Of a DNA stretch of 64,000 bases, positions 59,594 through 64,000 are shown in pieces. Below the pieces are notes generated by a model that saw only the letters and a program-made list of their open reading frames with translations, was not told the origin of the DNA and ran no database searches. The stretch's first letter is position 1. Each line of letters begins with the position of its first letter. Position numbers and translations under genes: made by a program. The DNA comes from Nannocystis sp. (GTDB lineage Bacteria; Myxococcota_A; Polyangia; Nannocystales; Nannocystaceae), in the NCBI GenBank assembly GCA_016712315.1, contig JADJRG010000022.1:930522-994521 (forward strand), written 5' to 3'.

Positions 59594-60649
59594 TCAGCGG
59601 ACCTCTTCCGTCAGGAAACCACGCACCAGCCCGAGAAACCGCTCAGGCGCCTCCAAATGGGGTGAATGCCCGCACTCCGGCACGATCTCCTCGCGGAAGC
59701 GGCCCCCGGCGGCCGCGTAGCGCTGCAGCAGCGCCCGCGTCTGCCCGACCATCGGCTGCGGCGGGCAGATCTCCGGCCCGGGCCACCCAGGCACCGCCCC
59801 GAGCGATCCCAAGAAGCCGAAGTCGAAGAACGACGCGTCCGCCGCGATCTGATCCTCAGCGCCGCGGATCCACAGCACGGGCGGCCGCGGCTCGATCGCC
59901 ACGAAGGCCGAAAGATCGAGGTACTTCGGCGACAGCGCGTTGTTCATGCCCCGCGTCCCTGGCGCCACACCAGGCCAGTTCTCCGAGGTCACCAGATCTC
60001 CCGGATAGAAGTCCTCACCGATCGCCATCTCGAGCATCGCGCTCACCAACGCCTCCTCACGCGCTGGCGTCGCTCGAAACGGCGGCTTGAAGTAGAAGCT
60101 GTTGAGCACGTTACGCGGCGCCACCGGGCTCTCTGCGCCGCGCTCACCCGCGCGGAGCAGCGCCACGAACTCTGGGTTCGCGGTGCCGCCGCCCGAGCCG
60201 GCGAAGTCCGCGTGGCACGCGGTGCCCGCCAGATCTTTGGTACCGCCGAAGCCGAACGGCGAGATCGGCGCCTGCAAGATCAGCGACGCCACGTCCGCCG
60301 GATGATCGATCGCGATCTGCAACGCGACCCCGCCGCCCACCGACCAGCCGAGCACGTGCGCCTGCCGCCCCGGAGCCAGCGCGGTGAGCAGCGCGTGCAC
60401 ATCATCGGCGAAGTCCCGCAGCCCGCGGGTAGCGTCGATCGGTCGCCGCTCGCTCTGGCCGAACCCCCGCAGATCGGGCGCGATCAGCCGATACCGATCG
60501 CCCAAGGCGATCATCAGCTCCTCAAAGAACGCCGAGCTCGAGACGTTGCCATGGATGAGCAGCACCACCGGCGCATCTTCAGGGCCGGCGGCGCGGTAGA
60601 AGGTACGGAGGCGGGGTGTCTCAATCGTCCTGGCGTCGATGCGGGTCAT
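59594..60649 (-). CDS. Alpha/beta-fold hydrolase
   Basis: HGNVSSS oxyanion region. GWSVGG nucleophile elbow. C-terminal His region GHSPHLE. GGAG Shine-Dalgarno before ATG 60647-60649. Confidence 0.75.
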   Translation of the reverse strand: MTRIDARTIETPRLRTFYRAAGPEDAPVVLLIHGNVSSSAFFEELMIALGDRYRLIAPDLRGFGQSERRPIDATRGLRDFADDVHALLTALAPGRQAHVLGWSVGGGVALQIAIDHPADVASLILQAPISPFGFGGTKDLAGTACHADFAGSGGGTANPEFVALLRAGERGAESPVAPRNVLNSFYFKPPFRATPAREEALVSAMLEMAIGEDFYPGDLVTSENWPGVAPGTRGMNNALSPKYLDLSAFVAIEPRPPVLWIRGAEDQIAADASFFDFGFLGSLGAVPGWPGPEICPPQPMVGQTRALLQRYAAAGGRFREEIVPECGHSPHLEAPERFLGLVRGFLTEEVR

Positions 60650-60740
60650 AGTGAGCTCCAAGTGGGAGCTCGACTCAAACACAGCTCGCCCCGTCTGGGT
60701 AGCCGGCTCGACGATCGCCCACGACGGGCGAAGACGCCCA

Positions 60741-62279
60741 TCACGAATTGAGCAACCAGGGCAGGTGCTGGACCCCAGCGACGTCCGGGAACTGCCCTGC
60801 CACGTCATCGGGGATCCCCAGCGCCTTCACCACGCTGCGCCACACGTGCGCCCCCGAGAGCCGGTTTGAGTTGTCCGTCACCGCCGGGGTCGGCGCGCCC
60901 GTCGCCGGATCAGGCGACGAGTAGCTGTAGGTGTGTCCGTCGCCCGAATTCTCGGCCACCCCGACGTCGCCGTAGTAGCCGCCCTTGATCATGCCACCCG
61001 CGAGGATCAGCCCGCACTTGCCCTCGTTACCCGAAGAGTTCGCCGCCGGCGAGCGACCGCTATCGAGCGTGTACATCGCGATCACCGTCCGGTCGTAGAT
61101 CCCCGCGAGCTTCAGGCTCTCGATCAAGCGCGCCAGCGGGTTGATCGTCTGGAGCGCCATCGTGTCCATGATCTCCTCAGGGCGCGTATCGTGCCAATCG
61201 AGGTAGTCGAACTCGACCGCGAAGGTGCGCACGAGGCCGTTCGAGATCAGCTTGAACGCCCACGCGCACTGCTCCCAGATGTTCGCCTTGAGGTTCACCC
61301 CCACCTGCCCTGGCACGCCCGCGCTCCAGTAGGCGGTCTCCTCCTCGCTCAACGGCAGCGAGATCAGCTTCGGCTCGCCGACATAAAGCACCCCGCGCGC
61401 CGCGTCTTGGTTCGACTGGTGCGCCGGCTTCACCTGCGGGACGTAGCCATACCTGTCGAGGAAGCGCGCGTCGGCCTTCATGAGCACGTCCATCAGCGCG
61501 TTCGCCTGCGCCGCCGTCGGCACCACGTTGAAGTCCTCGAGCTTGTCCGGGAAGGCCGAGAAGAGCGACTCACGGGTCTGGATCCGGTCGAGCTCTGCGC
61601 CTGGCAGACCCGCGCCGAAGTGGTACGCCGTGTGATCGCGGCTGATCCCCTTGAACGCGACGCCGCTGCGCAGCCCCGGCGTGATCTGCTTTTGCCAATA
61701 ATTGTGGAGCGACGCCGGCGTCGGCGTCGACGCGTAGTGCTCCTGATTGCCCGGCGTGTACGGCACCGGCTCGTTCGCGCCCATCGACATCCGCCCGGCC
61801 CCACCCACCTTAGAGCGCCCTGGCGCCCGCAACGCGCACGACGCCTCATGGCCGTGGATGTCGCCGATCCCCAGCTCGCAGGTCTCGATGATCGCGATCG
61901 TGTCGAGGTGCGGATCGAGCGGCAGCGCGTGCGGCGTCATGAAGATGTTATTCGGCCGCTGGATCAGCTCCTCCGGCATGAAGTACATCGCGCACTTACG
62001 GCCGTCGCTGCCGCGGATCAGCGCCGGGTGGGTCGCCAGCCCCGGCGCCACGAACACGTGGCCGAAGTCCCACTGATCGCGGAGGTTGATCTCAATGAAG
62101 TACGTCGGCTCCTCGCCCGCCATATCGGCGGCGCGCGCCTCGCCCACCGCCAACGCGCGCGCCGCGTGGCGCACCCCAGCAGGCACCGCCGGGGCGGCGA
62201 GCGCGAGGCCGAGCAGCTTGAGGAAGCGGCGGCGTTGGTTCGGCGGGAGGGTCTCGATGATCGGGGTCTTGGACTTCAC
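60741..62279 (-). CDS. DUF1501-type (sulfatase-like fold) Tat-secreted protein
   Basis: Twin-arginine signal NQRRRFLKLLGLALAAPA. GTG start at 62277-62279 in a 4-bp overlap with the upstream gene. Confidence 0.7.
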   Translation of the reverse strand: MKSKTPIIETLPPNQRRRFLKLLGLALAAPAVPAGVRHAARALAVGEARAADMAGEEPTYFIEINLRDQWDFGHVFVAPGLATHPALIRGSDGRKCAMYFMPEELIQRPNNIFMTPHALPLDPHLDTIAIIETCELGIGDIHGHEASCALRAPGRSKVGGAGRMSMGANEPVPYTPGNQEHYASTPTPASLHNYWQKQITPGLRSGVAFKGISRDHTAYHFGAGLPGAELDRIQTRESLFSAFPDKLEDFNVVPTAAQANALMDVLMKADARFLDRYGYVPQVKPAHQSNQDAARGVLYVGEPKLISLPLSEEETAYWSAGVPGQVGVNLKANIWEQCAWAFKLISNGLVRTFAVEFDYLDWHDTRPEEIMDTMALQTINPLARLIESLKLAGIYDRTVIAMYTLDSGRSPAANSSGNEGKCGLILAGGMIKGGYYGDVGVAENSGDGHTYSYSSPDPATGAPTPAVTDNSNRLSGAHVWRSVVKALGIPDDVAGQFPDVAGVQHLPWLLNS

Positions 62280-63556
62280 GGCAGGGCTCCTTGGCCCGCG
62301 AGGACCACATCGATCACCGCGGGGTGCGTAAGAGTGACCAGGAAGAGATCGCCGAAGGTCGGCTCTGGGCGGCGCGCCCGGGCGCGCCTGGCGAGCTCTT
62401 GAAGAAGCAGTGGATCGGTCTTCGCGGCCTCCGCCTCCGAGAGGCCGAAGGTCCACTCGATGACGTTGCGAGCGCCGCACTGATAAAAGGTCTCGTCCTC
62501 GCTCAGCACCTTGGCCGCGACCGCGAGGTCCTCGACGGGCACCCCAAAGACCTGCGTGATCTCCTGGGCGGCCGCCACCGGATCGACGAAGTGTGAGACG
62601 AAGAGGCCCCCAGGCGAGCGCCCGAGCTCATCCTCGGGGTCTTGCAGGCCGGTCGCGTCCGGCCGGTAGTTGCCGTCCTGATCGAACCTGACGAACAGCT
62701 GCGAGTGCGCGCCGAACTGGCTGTGACAGCTATAACAGGCGAAGCCGTTGCCGAAGCCGCTCTTCGCCTCCTCCACCGTCTGATCCTCGGGCGTCAGCGC
62801 CTGGAACATCGCGATCAGCGACTCCTTCTCGAGCGGCGGCTGGAGGTTCGACGACATCGGGTAGACTTGGCAGTTAAAGATGTACAGCATCCGCCGCGCG
62901 CGCCGCAGGTTGAACCGCGACGCGTTCGCCCGCAGATACGCGCGCGTCGTCAGCACACCCGCGGTGTACGGCGCGCCGCTATCGCACGGGATCTTCGAGC
63001 CCGCCCCGTCGACGCAATAGTCCGCGGTGATCAAGCGCGCATAGGGGAGCTTCTGCGCGGCCACGTGCGCCGCCAAATTGCCGGGCAGTTCAAAGTCGAT
63101 CTCGTCGCTCTGGCCGCTCGCGTGCAGCTTCACCTGCATCATCATGCGAGCCGTCTCGGCGAACGCCTTATCTTCGATCCAGCCCTCGATCACCCCCGCC
63201 AGCCCGCGGCTGCCGTAGTAGCTGATCAGCTTCGCCTCGGCTTCGGTGAGCAGGCGGCCGACCACCATCGGCGCGATCGTCGCCAGGTACGCGCGCGCCT
63301 CCGCCTCTGAGAACTGGTCGAGCTCCGCCAGCGGATCGACGACCTCGGGCTCCGTCGTCGCCTCGGTCGTCGCGTCGCCGCTGCTGCTGCTGCCGCTCGC
63401 ATCCGTGCTCCCGGCCGCGGAGCCGGCCTCGCCGCCCTCGCTGGTCTCTCCGGTCGACGCCGCGCCCTCGTCGCCCTCGGCCAGCGGCGCGCCGCTATAG
63501 CAGCCCACCAGCGCGAGCGCGCTCATCAGCGCCGCGGTGCACGCGCGCCCGATCAT
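62276..63556 (-). CDS. Lipoprotein with a single CxxCH heme-binding-type motif (partner of the DUF1501 protein; DUF1800/PSCyt-like by gestalt)
   Basis: Lipobox ALVGC. GFACYSCHSQ. Acidic S/T-rich linker. Overlaps both neighbours by 4 bp. Confidence 0.5.
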   Translation of the reverse strand: MIGRACTAALMSALALVGCYSGAPLAEGDEGAASTGETSEGGEAGSAAGSTDASGSSSSGDATTEATTEPEVVDPLAELDQFSEAEARAYLATIAPMVVGRLLTEAEAKLISYYGSRGLAGVIEGWIEDKAFAETARMMMQVKLHASGQSDEIDFELPGNLAAHVAAQKLPYARLITADYCVDGAGSKIPCDSGAPYTAGVLTTRAYLRANASRFNLRRARRMLYIFNCQVYPMSSNLQPPLEKESLIAMFQALTPEDQTVEEAKSGFGNGFACYSCHSQFGAHSQLFVRFDQDGNYRPDATGLQDPEDELGRSPGGLFVSHFVDPVAAAQEITQVFGVPVEDLAVAAKVLSEDETFYQCGARNVIEWTFGLSEAEAAKTDPLLLQELARRARARRPEPTFGDLFLVTLTHPAVIDVVLAGQGALP

Positions 63557-63957
63557 AACGCGACGAACTCCAACTGGCTGAGCACGGCCAAACAGACGGT
63601 CTCATAGCGGGTCGCCTCGTCGAGCTCGGCGTCTCCCAAGAGATCCTCATAAGGCTCCAGATCCGCCGGAGAGGGCGTGAAGCCGTACGCGTCCCCCATC
63701 AACGCCGCCAGGTCCAGCGGGAATTCGGGGTAACGCGCCTTCATCGGCGCCGAGCCGCACACCGGTCGCATCGCCGCCACCCAGTTCGCCATCCGCGAGG
63801 TCGTCCAGGTCAGGTCCGGGTTGATCCCTTTTGAGAAGTCGTAGTCGCCCAGATCGAAGCGCCGCGCCAACAAGACCGAGAAGACAGGATCATCAGGCGG
63901 CAGATCCAGCAGCAGCGACAGCCGGTTGTGGCGGATCGCGAAGGGCAGCAGGCGCAC
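63553..63957 (-). CDS. Hypothetical protein (first gene of the DUF1501 operon; may extend past the listed start)
   Basis: Coding-like composition. 4-bp overlap with the downstream lipoprotein gene. Confidence 0.35.
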   Translation of the reverse strand: MRLLPFAIRHNRLSLLLDLPPDDPVFSVLLARRFDLGDYDFSKGINPDLTWTTSRMANWVAAMRPVCGSAPMKARYPEFPLDLAALMGDAYGFTPSPADLEPYEDLLGDAELDEATRYETVCLAVLSQLEFVAL

Positions 63958-64000
63958 GTTGTCGCGGTGCAGATCGAAGGGCGGCGGCCCCGGATCACCG

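Overview
This is a 64 kb high-GC (about 70%) chromosomal segment, almost fully coding. Judged by eye, it is most likely from a member of the Myxococcota. The clues are a Myxococcus-type LexA box ahead of lexA, proteins with the myxobacterial CGDG...CDDGN cysteine-rich repeat, many lipobox lipoproteins, Ser/Thr kinase and sigma-54 enhancer-binding genes, and frequent GTGA/ATGA start-stop overlaps.

Most of the window is conserved housekeeping:
- argC-argB, bioA, rseP, tsaB, lexA, dnaB
- rpsF-rpsR-rplI, hppA, and a tRNA-Gln(UUG)-prs-rplY-pth block
- a pair of M16 peptidases, glmS, moaC and pntA-pntB
- aldehyde dehydrogenase, PNP, a PHP phosphoesterase, MarR, an alpha/beta hydrolase and a DUF1501 protein

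Between these sit signal-transduction and envelope modules. I see no transposases, integrases, CRISPR arrays or prophage genes.

The candidates for new biology are:
1. A three- or four-gene minus-strand module (31505-33663): a 29-aa hydrophobic micro-ORF, a RelA/SpoT-type alarmone-synthetase-like protein with an unrecognised N-terminal domain, a predicted small outer-membrane beta-barrel, and possibly a 70-aa lipoprotein.
2. A six-gene regulatory cassette (3472-9843): HTH protein, unknown protein, NtrC-type sigma-54 activator, periplasmic-TPR histidine kinase, single-domain receiver, and a small (AEEK)n-repeat lipoprotein.
3. A candidate sigma-54-driven small RNA in the 520-bp argC upstream region, bracketed by a TGGCAC-N5-aTGC promoter and a strong plus-strand intrinsic terminator. 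Repeat motifs in the same region may form the argCB operator.
4. An Omp85-DUF4390-like-histidine kinase operon translationally coupled to a standalone GlmU N-terminal-type nucleotidyltransferase.
5. An orphan ORF that resembles only the KS-AT linker of modular polyketide synthases.

All identifications rest on motif recognition by eye and should be confirmed by database searches. Many long ORFs in the supplied track are antisense or frame-shadow artefacts typical of high-GC DNA and were not called.
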